From the NCBI GenBank assembly GCA_038063515.1, contig JBBTUY010000003.1, positions 41,894 through 77,464 of the forward strand: a DNA stretch of 35,571 nucleotides, written 5' to 3'. A program made the translations under genes and the position numbers. The notes beneath the pieces were generated by a model. That model did no database searches, had not been told where the DNA came from, and worked only from the letters and a program-made list of their open reading frames with translations. Source of the stretch: Patescibacteria group bacterium. GTDB taxonomy: Bacteria; Patescibacteriota; Minisyncoccia; Phycocordibacterales; UBA9973. Shown piece by piece: positions 8,301 to 14,563 of the stretch (the first letter of the stretch is position 1; every line of letters starts with the position of its first letter).

Positions 8301-10838
8301 GCCGCAGGTACTTCACAGGATCCGATTTTAGAAGTTACCTACACTACTAACAGTGCTCCAAGTACACCGACATCGCTTCTCGCAGAAGGTATAAATAATC
8401 CAGTGAGTGTAGCCGACACTGCTCCAGAATTTAGTGCAATATATAACGACACGGATACAGGAGATACTGCCACTCATTATCAAATTCAAGTATCTACGAG
8501 TTCGAGCTTCTCTTCTATTCTCTGGGATTCTACAAAGACGGCTTTAGGTGCATCTCTCGCACAGGGAAGTCGCAGCCCAGATATTACCTACGGAGGCACA
8601 GCATTTGTACTAGACGGTGCTACATATTACTGGCGTATAAAATTCTGGGATAATAGCGACAGTGAAGGAGTGTGGAGTACTTCTACAAGTTCATTTACTA
8701 TGAATAGCTCCTCACCAATTACAGTGAATTTTTATTCTACAGCAGGTGGAGACGGAGAGATTTACCACGAGGATGCAAGTTCTTGGAATACCGTACATGA
8801 TGCATCTACTGGTAGCGCTGATGCTGCTTCAGGAACCTCATATACGTATGTAGAGCACTACACAGCAGACTACTGGATGGCTCGAACTGTCTTACCTTTT
8901 GATACCTCGAGCTTGCCCGACGGCGCAGTGGTCTCCAGTGCGACTTTGTATGTGTATGTAGATTACAAAGAAGATGGTGATAATGATGGAAGTGATTTTA
9001 TCCGAGTAGTTCAAAATACTACAGCTTCATCAACAGGACTTATCAATGGCGACTATGATCAAGTAGGAAGTATCGATAATCCTACAGCAGGAGCGACGGA
9101 TACTGACATCACAGGTATTTCGACGGGTGCATATCTAGTAATTCCTCTAAATACGACAGGGAAGTCTTGGATCAGTAAAACAGGTGCTACAAAGCTTGGT
9201 TTACGAGAAGGGCATGATGCTACTGATAATGCTTCAAGTATAAATACGAGCCTCACAGGTGTACGTATTAAGACTGCAAATGCCACAGGTACTTCGCAGG
9301 ATCCATATTTAGCTATTACGTACACATCTCTTCCAACTTCACTAAGTGTGGTGCAAGACTTAAACTACACATATGATGCGAATGGCAACATCCTTACCAT
9401 CATCAATGACTCTGAGACAGATTCTGCGAAGACTGTCACGTATAGTTATGACGACCTTAATAGATTGCTCTCGGCTACCGCTACTTCTGTCGCCGGAGGA
9501 CAGTCCACATATACCCATACTTACGTCTACGATGCCCTGGGAAACATTACTTCCGGCCCAATAGGCTCTTACACCTATGCAGGTACAAACTACGCTAATC
9601 CACACGCTGCAACGTCTATAAACGGTGTTACATATACCTACGACAATAGTGGTAATGTTACAGGTAACGGCTCCTTGGCTAATACATGGAACTACAAAGA
9701 TCAACTCACTCAAGCAGTTCTAGGAGGAGTAACTTCAACTTATACTTACGATCATATGGGCGAGCGTGCAACACTTGCTAACGGTACGACCACCACGGCA
9801 TATCCAAATGATCTCTACAATACCGATGGCACCAAGAAAACTAAATCTGTTTACGCAGGGGATAATTTAGTAGCAACTATTGAAACCGTAAGCAGTGTTG
9901 TAACTCCTTACTACACTCACACAGATCATTTGGGATCGACAACTGCAACTTCAGATGGTTCAGGTGCTCTTGTTGAGACATTAGACTACTTCCCATTCGG
10001 AAATCAGAGAATTTCTTCAGGTGCTCACACAGAACAGAGACAATATATAGGACAGGAGTATGACGAAGAAACAAATTTAAACTATCTTAACGCCCGTTAC
10101 TACAATAGCCAGACAGGTAAGTTTATATCCCAAGACCCAGTTTTCTTAGGGCTTGGAGTTGATCCTCGTACTCAAGAAGCACTTAGAGATCCTCAATCTT
10201 TAAACTCCTACAGTTATGCAAGAAATAACCCGATTACTTTGAGTGATCCGAATGGTGAATGGGTACACATCGCTATCGGAGCAGGTGCTGGCATTGTAGG
10301 ACAGTATGGTTATGACGTATATAACAACATCAATAATGACGGATTCAGTGCTGGTGCATTCGTATCTAATCTATCAAGCGGTAAGACGTATTTGACAAGA
10401 GGTGCACAGGGGGCTGCGATCGCAGCAACGGGAGGTGCTGTAGCGGCTGCTGGAACATCAGTAGGTATTGGAGTAGTGGGACAGTCAGTTGTTATGGGTG
10501 GTGTAACTGGAGCAGTAGGAGCTGGAGGCAACGCTTTTCTCGGAGAGTCAGTAACACCTGGATCTGTCGCAGTTGACTCTGTGGTCGGCGCATTAACATT
10601 CGGAGCCTCAAGTGTCATTCCTAAGGTTCCTGGAAGACTACCTAACTTCGGTACACAAGCTTTTGTTTCAGGTAAGCATACCCAGCAAAGCGCAATGAAT
10701 CTCGGTGTTGATGCAGGTGGAAATTATATTTCAGCTATAATGAATGATATATCCAAACAAATTAAGGATCTGCAAAAACAAGTTAGTAACCTAAAACAAA
10801 GTAATAATAATTCAAGCAATAAAAAGAAGAACAAATAA
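2322..10838 (+). CDS. Giant RHS/YD-repeat polymorphic toxin (SpvB + FG-GAP/VCBS + YD shell + RHS core + C-terminal domain)
   Basis: Sec signal (..PVFA/QE) and acidic linker. SpvB-like N-terminus (IKVPPGRN, VSLVYNS, GSGWS, YKWMLQEVRDTNDN), repeated DINGDG motifs and many YD repeats. RHS core signature YIGQEYDEETNLNYLNARYYNSQTGKFISQDP...NSYSYARNNPITLSDPNG. Confidence 0.95.
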   Translation: MKITSSGLVSKMSKLTVFFIITSFVVTPLVPVFAQEAEVIVSLSDQVESEPIFPGQVLGETIEAPVDEETSPTIEPPAEEVLPPEEEKPIEEKPIEEDPEMMALMAGGVGGPGSLTLSPDTRNNLSSEVDDLDGSLVYKYDIKVPPGRNDITTPKVSLVYNSKYANNDSVVGSGWSVNIPSIERINKTGITTLYSDNYFYSSIDGELVSLGSGNYAAKVEKGNFLKYNLTSSVWTVTDKQGTVYKFGTNAAERQDNPGDSSKVYKWMLQEVRDTNDNYIEYTYYKDAGQIYPSQITYSGNGSTAGVLEVNFDRTSRTALPAFYNTGFAVTTSYRITEIRTEVNNIWARKYTLGYAIPDNGVGSLLDTIVESGQDDSSTIVTLPAVDFDYQASTRSWTQNTSWGLPLSLVAGGSDTGTRMADINGDGLLDLLCHTNNTSDTICDKNKPRIFLNDGDGTWTDVSSTWLFPLIGGSGSDREYFLSTSTSGDRGLRAVDINGDGLADLVTGNGSDRYVYLNTGSGWTYNSSWGLPLPFSIGGDPGTRMADVNGDGLLDMLCHNNATSSEPYCGKTTPKIYLNNGDGTWTDVSSTWLFPVVNGTGTDREYFLDASEGADSGLRTFDINGDGLVDLVARRNTDSYAYINNGSGWTHYAWGLSLPTYIGGDPGTRVADINADGLADLLCHNNATSGDAYCDKNNPKIYLNKGDGTWMDLSSTWLFPLIGGSGSDREYFLSASQGSDSGLRIADFNGDGINDLVVRRDSDSYVYLNNTTVPSNLLNEINYSQGGNTTIIYKATPQFTSGASLLNPSLPLVTHLVQQIVTNDGSGTTGSLTYEYEGGLYKYTDYLNRKFVGFNSIKATDAEGNVRKVFYHQGNSTNTGLGEYSDHISKMGMPYRVEEYDDSSNLYRLTVDKIDKYNIGTDHDFVKVTRRTVLDYDGDSDHKDTSTEYGYDDANGNLLTVTEWGEVTGSTDGSYTDIGSDKKVTTLTYATNGTTLISVPYNETVTDQSSSKVKENKYYYDAQSYGSVTDGNQTKVEQWVASSTYINSQKTYNSTYGYIATETDPRGKVTTYTTYDGYNLYPVTITDPLSQTIQYTYDYSLGKPKQTTDQNGFVYQTVYDGLDRVAAVKIPDFGSPYSAVTKTTYAYTDTSGSVKVQKTENLDGSTAVDTYQYFDGLGRLIQERKEAESNYNVKDTIYNDVGLIEKQSLPYNSSGSSKTSATGTTALYVTNTYDPLKRISTIVDATGTTSYAYDQWKTTVTDKESNMKGYYKDAFGNLIKVDEVNGGSTYTTNYEYNLNNKLTKITDALSNLRNFTYDGLGRRLTAEDLHASGDGTYGTWTYAYDNAGNLTQTVSPRSLTTNYTYNDINQQLTEDYTGVGGTEITYTYGGCTNGVEKLCSVIMASGANTAYTYDSNGNVASEAKTINSVAYTTSYTYDRQGNKLVITYPDSAEVKYTFNSAGLLEKVERKESGGVFIDIVSNFDYSPTDKVTIQEDANGFVTTNTYDDTKLYRLTRRLTAIGGEEMMLGGGGEGESQSRMSLMEGEEETELQDKKGIPRVGSELEKERTLRSKTYVTGFSGGREIKQTQFSQNDIHYLDPATGTLKDINTSLVENLHGFTMNDAAYQARFKKDTKGEFFTFQNKRDHLGLSLPQNVKPVNGHIQKSKEGEESLMYKDALGAGIDVEFLLDQTEVRKDVVINSLEALGDISGKENYEIPFVFRSNAPVTLSIDGKIFPSGQSFITEKAVTLTDSIGIQTHIWGAVLREENGTRVTRIPIRYEQKGGVIYMTKLLPVSWLAQAEFPARTDAVLSYYSNSSGDGEIYHTHSVWNAIHDATSGSAESTPGTAYMYSEDAGASYWMARVALPFDTSSLPDTATITNTDLKLYIDTKVDEDNDGNDFIRVVQNTTASATALADGDFDQIGAIDNPTAGASDIDISGISTGAYRTFTLNSTGRGWINKTGYTKLGLREGHDAKDAAPDDGTFTGVRIKTANAAGTSQDPILEVTYTTNSAPSTPTSLLAEGINNPVSVADTAPEFSAIYNDTDTGDTATHYQIQVSTSSSFSSILWDSTKTALGASLAQGSRSPDITYGGTAFVLDGATYYWRIKFWDNSDSEGVWSTSTSSFTMNSSSPITVNFYSTAGGDGEIYHEDASSWNTVHDASTGSADAASGTSYTYVEHYTADYWMARTVLPFDTSSLPDGAVVSSATLYVYVDYKEDGDNDGSDFIRVVQNTTASSTGLINGDYDQVGSIDNPTAGATDTDITGISTGAYLVIPLNTTGKSWISKTGATKLGLREGHDATDNASSINTSLTGVRIKTANATGTSQDPYLAITYTSLPTSLSVVQDLNYTYDANGNILTIINDSETDSAKTVTYSYDDLNRLLSATATSVAGGQSTYTHTYVYDALGNITSGPIGSYTYAGTNYANPHAATSINGVTYTYDNSGNVTGNGSLANTWNYKDQLTQAVLGGVTSTYTYDHMGERATLANGTTTTAYPNDLYNTDGTKKTKSVYAGDNLVATIETVSSVVTPYYTHTDHLGSTTATSDGSGALVETLDYFPFGNQRISSGAHTEQRQYIGQEYDEETNLNYLNARYYNSQTGKFISQDPVFLGLGVDPRTQEALRDPQSLNSYSYARNNPITLSDPNGEWVHIAIGAGAGIVGQYGYDVYNNINNDGFSAGAFVSNLSSGKTYLTRGAQGAAIAATGGAVAAAGTSVGIGVVGQSVVMGGVTGAVGAGGNAFLGESVTPGSVAVDSVVGALTFGASSVIPKVPGRLPNFGTQAFVSGKHTQQSAMNLGVDAGGNYISAIMNDISKQIKDLQKQVSNLKQSNNNSSNKKKNK
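3500..4630 (+). repeat. Three ~125-aa intragenic FG-GAP/VCBS repeat units
   Basis: Recurrent WGL.LP...GGD.GTR.AD.NGDG..D.LCH.N.....C.K..P.I.LN.GDGTW.D.SSTWLFP. Segments 3711-3766 and 4464-4519 match at 55/56 nt. Confidence 0.9.
7755..9326 (+). repeat. Duplicated ~195-aa DNRLRE/CBM96-like domain (about 7755-8345 and 8730-9326) separated by an FN3-like domain
   Basis: Both copies share GDGEIYH, YWMAR..LPFDTSSLPD, DNDG.DFIRVVQNTTAS, IDNPTAGA, TKLGLREGHDA and TGVRIKTANA.GTSQDP.L..TYT. The family name is inferred from the FD.S.LP....I..A.L.LY and P.L.VTY pattern. Confidence 0.75.
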
Positions 10839-10843
10839 ACAAT

Positions 10844-11275
10844 ATGAAAACTTATAAAATCAAAAAATCACATATTCTTGGTAACTCTATATTTTTAATC
10901 TTTCCATTAGTAATGACCCTTATCATTCTAACTGAAGAGGGAGGGGCACAACAAAATGAATGGATAGGAGTAGGAATCTTCTGGCTTATCGGTGTACTTG
11001 TGCTTGTGTTACTATCTGGTTCAAAGATGGAAGTGGGAACAGATTATATCCGTCCATATTTCTTTGGTTTTCCTAGAAGAAAGATTGAGGCTTCAAATAT
11101 TGAAGTTCTTGAGTACGGTAATCTTTTTCGCGGAGGGCTTGGAGTAGGAAAGGGACTTAAAATGTGGGTTAAGACTTCTAAAGGACGTAAGGCACTTACT
11201 GTAGGAGAAAAGGCATACGGTAAAGAAGCCATTGATCACATGAAGAGCGTTCTTGAATCGAAATCATTAAGATAG
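10844..11275 (+). CDS. Candidate immunity protein (2 TM helices plus a small PH-like soluble domain)
   Basis: Starts 5 nt after the RHS stop. Two hydrophobic helices are followed by a basic beta-rich domain. The immunity role is inferred from position. Confidence 0.6.
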   Translation: MKTYKIKKSHILGNSIFLIFPLVMTLIILTEEGGAQQNEWIGVGIFWLIGVLVLVLLSGSKMEVGTDYIRPYFFGFPRRKIEASNIEVLEYGNLFRGGLGVGKGLKMWVKTSKGRKALTVGEKAYGKEAIDHMKSVLESKSLR

Positions 11276-11294
11276 GAATACATACTATATTCAA

Positions 11295-11504
11295 ATGACC
11301 TTTTTGCAATTCGTATTATTATTGTTTGTTGAAGTAATTTTGGTTTATGTAGTTTTTGATGGTCTAAAAACTGGAGTATTGCTCCACCGTCTCGGAGGCA
11401 AGTCAATCAGGGCAAAACAACCGATATCTTTCTGGATGAGCATAGTAGTTACATCTTGCGTAATTCTATTAATTGCATTTGTTTTAATGACTGGTCTTTT
11501 CTAA
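11295..11504 (+). CDS. Small 2-TM membrane protein, possibly a second or orphan immunity protein
   Basis: 69 aa with two hydrophobic stretches, co-oriented 19 nt downstream of the previous gene. Confidence 0.55.
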   Translation: MTFLQFVLLLFVEVILVYVVFDGLKTGVLLHRLGGKSIRAKQPISFWMSIVVTSCVILLIAFVLMTGLF

Positions 11505-11728
11505 ATTTCTAGTTTGATTAGCCGACGTTCTGCTTCACTAATTTCTTTCTCTATTGAAAAGCCGATTTTCTCTTGTTCTTGAGAGTCAGAATTTTCAGTT
11601 GTTTTCAACTGTAGCGGTACTGAGCTTTTTAAAGTAACCTTTCCGTGGTTATAGAGAATTTCCTCAACGAAGTCTAAGACAAATCTTCGTTTGCTCTCAA
11701 ACGTCTTACACTTATCAAATCGAATCTG
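11501..11728 (-). pseudogene. 3' remnant of a large serine recombinase (not in the ORF track)
   Basis: Start-less minus-strand frame: QIRFDKCKTFESKRRFVLDFVEEILYNHGKVTLKSSVPLQLKTTENSDSQEQEKIGFSIEKEISEAERRLIKLEI*. It resembles the F..KR.......V..I......V.L...VP C-terminus of large serine recombinases. Upstream it runs into an in-frame TGA inside the RAYT end repeat. Confidence 0.6.
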
Positions 11729-11769
11729 GATAATGGGATAATGGGGTCAGCCACCATTTATCCTAAATA

Positions 11770-11778
11770 TGATATAAT
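11770..11778 (+). promoter_or_regulatory. Extended -10 promoter of the RAYT gene (leaderless layout)
   Basis: TG-A-TATAAT with the hexamer at 11773-11778, 6 nt before the ATG at 11785. Confidence 0.7.
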
Positions 11779-11784
11779 AAATTT

Positions 11785-12456
11785 ATGCCAAGAATTGAAA
11801 GAGTCGATGTGGGCGGAGAAATATACCATGTGATAAACAGAGCTAATTCCAGAGTTAAAATTTTTGATAATGATGGCGATTACAAAAATCTTGAAGCAAT
11901 TTTAGAAGAAGCAGTAACGAAGTTTGACATGAGATTGTTGGCATACTGTATTATGCCTAATCATTGGCATTTAGTTTTACATCCTAAACAAGATGGAGAT
12001 TTATCCAAGTTTATGGGTTGGCTAACCAATACTCATACAAGACGTTGGCATACCTTAAAAGGAACGATAGGTCAGGGTCATTTGTATCAAGGTAGATACA
12101 AATCTTTTATTTGCCAGAATGATTATCATTTTCTTGCTCTTGTAAGATATGTAGAGAGAAATGCCAAAAGAGCAAATATGGTCAAAAAAGTAGAAGATTG
12201 GAAATGGAGTAGTGCATGGAGAAGGGTGTATGGAATACAGAATCAAAAGAAGATTTTAAGTTCGTGGCCCATCTCTATACCAAAAAATTATTTAGAATAC
12301 CTAAATGAGTCGCAGAACGAGGAAGAAGTTGATATGATTAGGAGGTCGATTATTAAAAATATTCCTTTTGGAGGTGATTCTTGGTGTGATAGAGTTGTGA
12401 AGAAGTTTAATTTAGAGCAAACACTTCGTGGGGTAGGCAGGCCTAAAGGAAAATAA
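11785..12456 (+). CDS. REP-associated tyrosine transposase (RAYT/TnpA-REP, Y1 HUH family)
   Basis: YHVINRAN, HUH motif AYCIMPNHWHLVL, GHLYQGRYKS, catalytic-Tyr region RYVERN, DWKWSS and C-terminal RGVGRPK. The frame is intact. Confidence 0.93.
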   Translation: MPRIERVDVGGEIYHVINRANSRVKIFDNDGDYKNLEAILEEAVTKFDMRLLAYCIMPNHWHLVLHPKQDGDLSKFMGWLTNTHTRRWHTLKGTIGQGHLYQGRYKSFICQNDYHFLALVRYVERNAKRANMVKKVEDWKWSSAWRRVYGIQNQKKILSSWPISIPKNYLEYLNESQNEEEVDMIRRSIIKNIPFGGDSWCDRVVKKFNLEQTLRGVGRPKGK

Positions 12457-12499
12457 TGGTGGCTGACCCAATTAACCCAATTAACCTAACCCAATTAAC

Positions 12500-12551
12500 C
12501 CACTATTTGTCCCAAAATATGATATAATGAATTTATCCTAAGAATTGAAAG
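12500..12551 (+). repeat. Degenerate direct copy (L2) of the RAYT left end, promoter and first codons
   Basis: Aligns to 11751-11801 at about 45/52 positions. TGATATAAT is retained, but the ATG is changed to ATC. Confidence 0.85.
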
Positions 12552-12580
12552 GATAGATAAGGAATAAATAATCAAAAGAG

Positions 12581-14449
12581 GTGATGGGTTCTACTCAAAA
12601 AATATCAAACAGAATAAAAAGAAACCATTTTGATCTCTTTTTGGCACAGATACTGCTTTTCTTTTTACCCTTAGCATATCTTCCTGGCTTCGGATCGTAC
12701 AATGCCCCTCGGTATTTTTTCTTTAGCGCTACCACTCTCTGGCTTTTTGGTCTTTGTGTTTTTAACTTTCTCAAAGAAGATAAAATTAGACGCACGGAGT
12801 ATGTTGATACATTTAAAAATTGGCGAGTTTATGGACTTCTTTTTTATCTATTAGCCTTTTTGGTTGTTTCGATTACGAGCATAGATCCGGCCGTTTCCTT
12901 TTTCTCAACTTTCTATCGCACTGATGGGTTTCTATCTATCCTATTTCTATCCATGTTTTCTTTTTCAGTATATTTTTTGATTAAGAAATACAAAAATAAA
13001 GGTCTAGAAAGTTTGCTTTCCGCCTCCGTTCTCGGCTCACTAGTTCTGTCTTTTTTAATATGGCTGAAAATACCTAACATAGGAGGCACCTTCGGTAATT
13101 CTTCAATAGCTGCTTCTTTTCTGATATGGAACGTGTTTTTTGCATTATTTCTTTTTATAAAATACAGAATGGAGTGGAAGGCATGGATTTGGGGTATTTC
13201 ATTTTTTGTTTTGGTATTTTCACCTTTATTTTTTAACTGGGAGATTATCTTTCGTGGAGAATATGCTCAAATAACTTCCTTGCTGGGAGAAGCTCGTGGT
13301 GCAGCTATGGGAATAATTGCTGGTCTTCTTCTTGCCATCTTCACCTGGCTTGCTTTCCAGTCCGATAAAATCCGCAGATATTTAGGAATAGGGCTGACCA
13401 TTTTACTTTTAGTGTCTACTCTCTTTGGTGGAATTCTACTGATTAAAAATTCTTCGCCTGTGCATCAGGCTTTCGCTGAAATGGGTGGAAAAGCGCGTTT
13501 TTCTTTTTGGAATAGTGCATGGCTAGGCTTCAAAGAGCAGCCTGTTCTTGGTACAGGGCCAGGCACTTTCAGTTATTCTTTTCATAAATTTTTCGATACA
13601 GAAATACTCACAAAAGAAAACAATTTTGAGGCAATTGTGGATCGTTCACATAATATTTTTTTTGAGACGATTATCAGTGGTGGCTTACTACTCTTATTTG
13701 GTTTACTTTTTTTTCTCATTTCCATAGCTACGTCCATTTACCAGATGCGTCTGCGATCGGAAGTATCGAATATTGGCTCCGCCATCTTTTTGGGCGCGCT
13801 TTTTTGCTGGTTGCTCCAAGCACAGCTTGTTTTTGATTCAATCTCATCACTGACTATGCTTTTTTTAGTGTCAGGAATGGCATACGCCGGAAGCTATGAC
13901 AACAAAAATAACATTCATACAAATGAATTTTCTTCCACTAGAAAATCAGTTGTCATCTCGAAGTCAGACAAGTTTGTCTATGCCATAGTAATTATTCTTC
14001 TTTCAATAATTTTTATCCTAGGAATATTTTTGCCTTTTCGTAAGAACCGAATAATGTATCGAACTAACGACATGTTCCTACCAGAACGAGCTTATAGCTG
14101 GGTAAAACTTGAAGGTACATCTAGTATGGGTGATTCTTATGATAGCGTGCTTCTTTTCAACCGTCTTGCTAAAAGTTATGCCAACAGGAATGATTTACGA
14201 AAATTAGATGAAGCAAAAAAGAAAGTTTTAGGACAAGAACTCGACAATGTCATACATCATTTGTATTATCTCTCTGTGCGCCATAATGATTTTGACTTGA
14301 TTCTTCTAAATATACAGTTTCATTATTTGAGGATGTATTTAGTAAATGATTTCTCCGGCCCTCTCTTAAGCGAAATCAAGGAACTTATTCTTCAAGCACA
14401 AGCCCTTTCACCTACAGATCCTCGACCTGAGATATACAATCCTCGGTAG
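12581..14449 (+). CDS. O-antigen ligase (WaaL/Wzy_C)-like polytopic membrane protein
   Basis: More than 10 TM helices. Motifs GTFGN, ARGA, R...W..AW.GFKEQPVLGTGPGTF and DRSHNIFFE. The start is GTG 12581 or ATG 12584. Confidence 0.85.
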   Translation: MMGSTQKISNRIKRNHFDLFLAQILLFFLPLAYLPGFGSYNAPRYFFFSATTLWLFGLCVFNFLKEDKIRRTEYVDTFKNWRVYGLLFYLLAFLVVSITSIDPAVSFFSTFYRTDGFLSILFLSMFSFSVYFLIKKYKNKGLESLLSASVLGSLVLSFLIWLKIPNIGGTFGNSSIAASFLIWNVFFALFLFIKYRMEWKAWIWGISFFVLVFSPLFFNWEIIFRGEYAQITSLLGEARGAAMGIIAGLLLAIFTWLAFQSDKIRRYLGIGLTILLLVSTLFGGILLIKNSSPVHQAFAEMGGKARFSFWNSAWLGFKEQPVLGTGPGTFSYSFHKFFDTEILTKENNFEAIVDRSHNIFFETIISGGLLLLFGLLFFLISIATSIYQMRLRSEVSNIGSAIFLGALFCWLLQAQLVFDSISSLTMLFLVSGMAYAGSYDNKNNIHTNEFSSTRKSVVISKSDKFVYAIVIILLSIIFILGIFLPFRKNRIMYRTNDMFLPERAYSWVKLEGTSSMGDSYDSVLLFNRLAKSYANRNDLRKLDEAKKKVLGQELDNVIHHLYYLSVRHNDFDLILLNIQFHYLRMYLVNDFSGPLLSEIKELILQAQALSPTDPRPEIYNPR

Positions 14450-14488
14450 TTATCTTTATTCGGTTTAGTAATTGATGTTAAAGAGTTG

Positions 14489-14515
14489 ATGTGGTCATCC
14501 ACTATTTATCTTAAA
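14489..14515 (+). repeat. Third degenerate copy (L3) of the RAYT left end
   Basis: ATGTGGTCATCCACTATTTATCTTAAA matches 11741-11767 (ATGGGGTCAGCCACCATTTATCCTAAA) at 23/27. Confidence 0.7.
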
Positions 14516-14563
14516 AATATCTAAGCCCTTGAAATTTAGCTCAAAAAAGGTGATAGTGTATAT

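Larger units (their letters stand above)
11728..12501 (+). mobile_element. RAYT-type HUH element with terminal inverted repeats and outer stutter repeats
   Basis: GGGTCAGCCACCATT (11744-11758) and its exact reverse complement AATGGTGGCTGACCC (12455-12469) bracket the transposase. Outside them lie (GGATAATG)x2 at 11728-11743 and CCCAATTAA units at 12467-12501. Confidence 0.8.

Noticed and set aside
7755-9326. Duplicated domains as a diversity-generating retroelement TR/VR pair
   Set aside because: Both copies are coding and diverged at all base types, and there is no reverse transcriptase in the window.
6876-9347. RHS insertion as an intein or intron
   Set aside because: No Hint-domain N-terminal C/S or C-terminal HN motifs and no homing endonuclease. 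The content looks like extracellular beta-sandwich domains.
12467-12501. Short tandem repeats as a CRISPR array
   Set aside because: The units are 9 nt with no spacers, and no cas genes are present.
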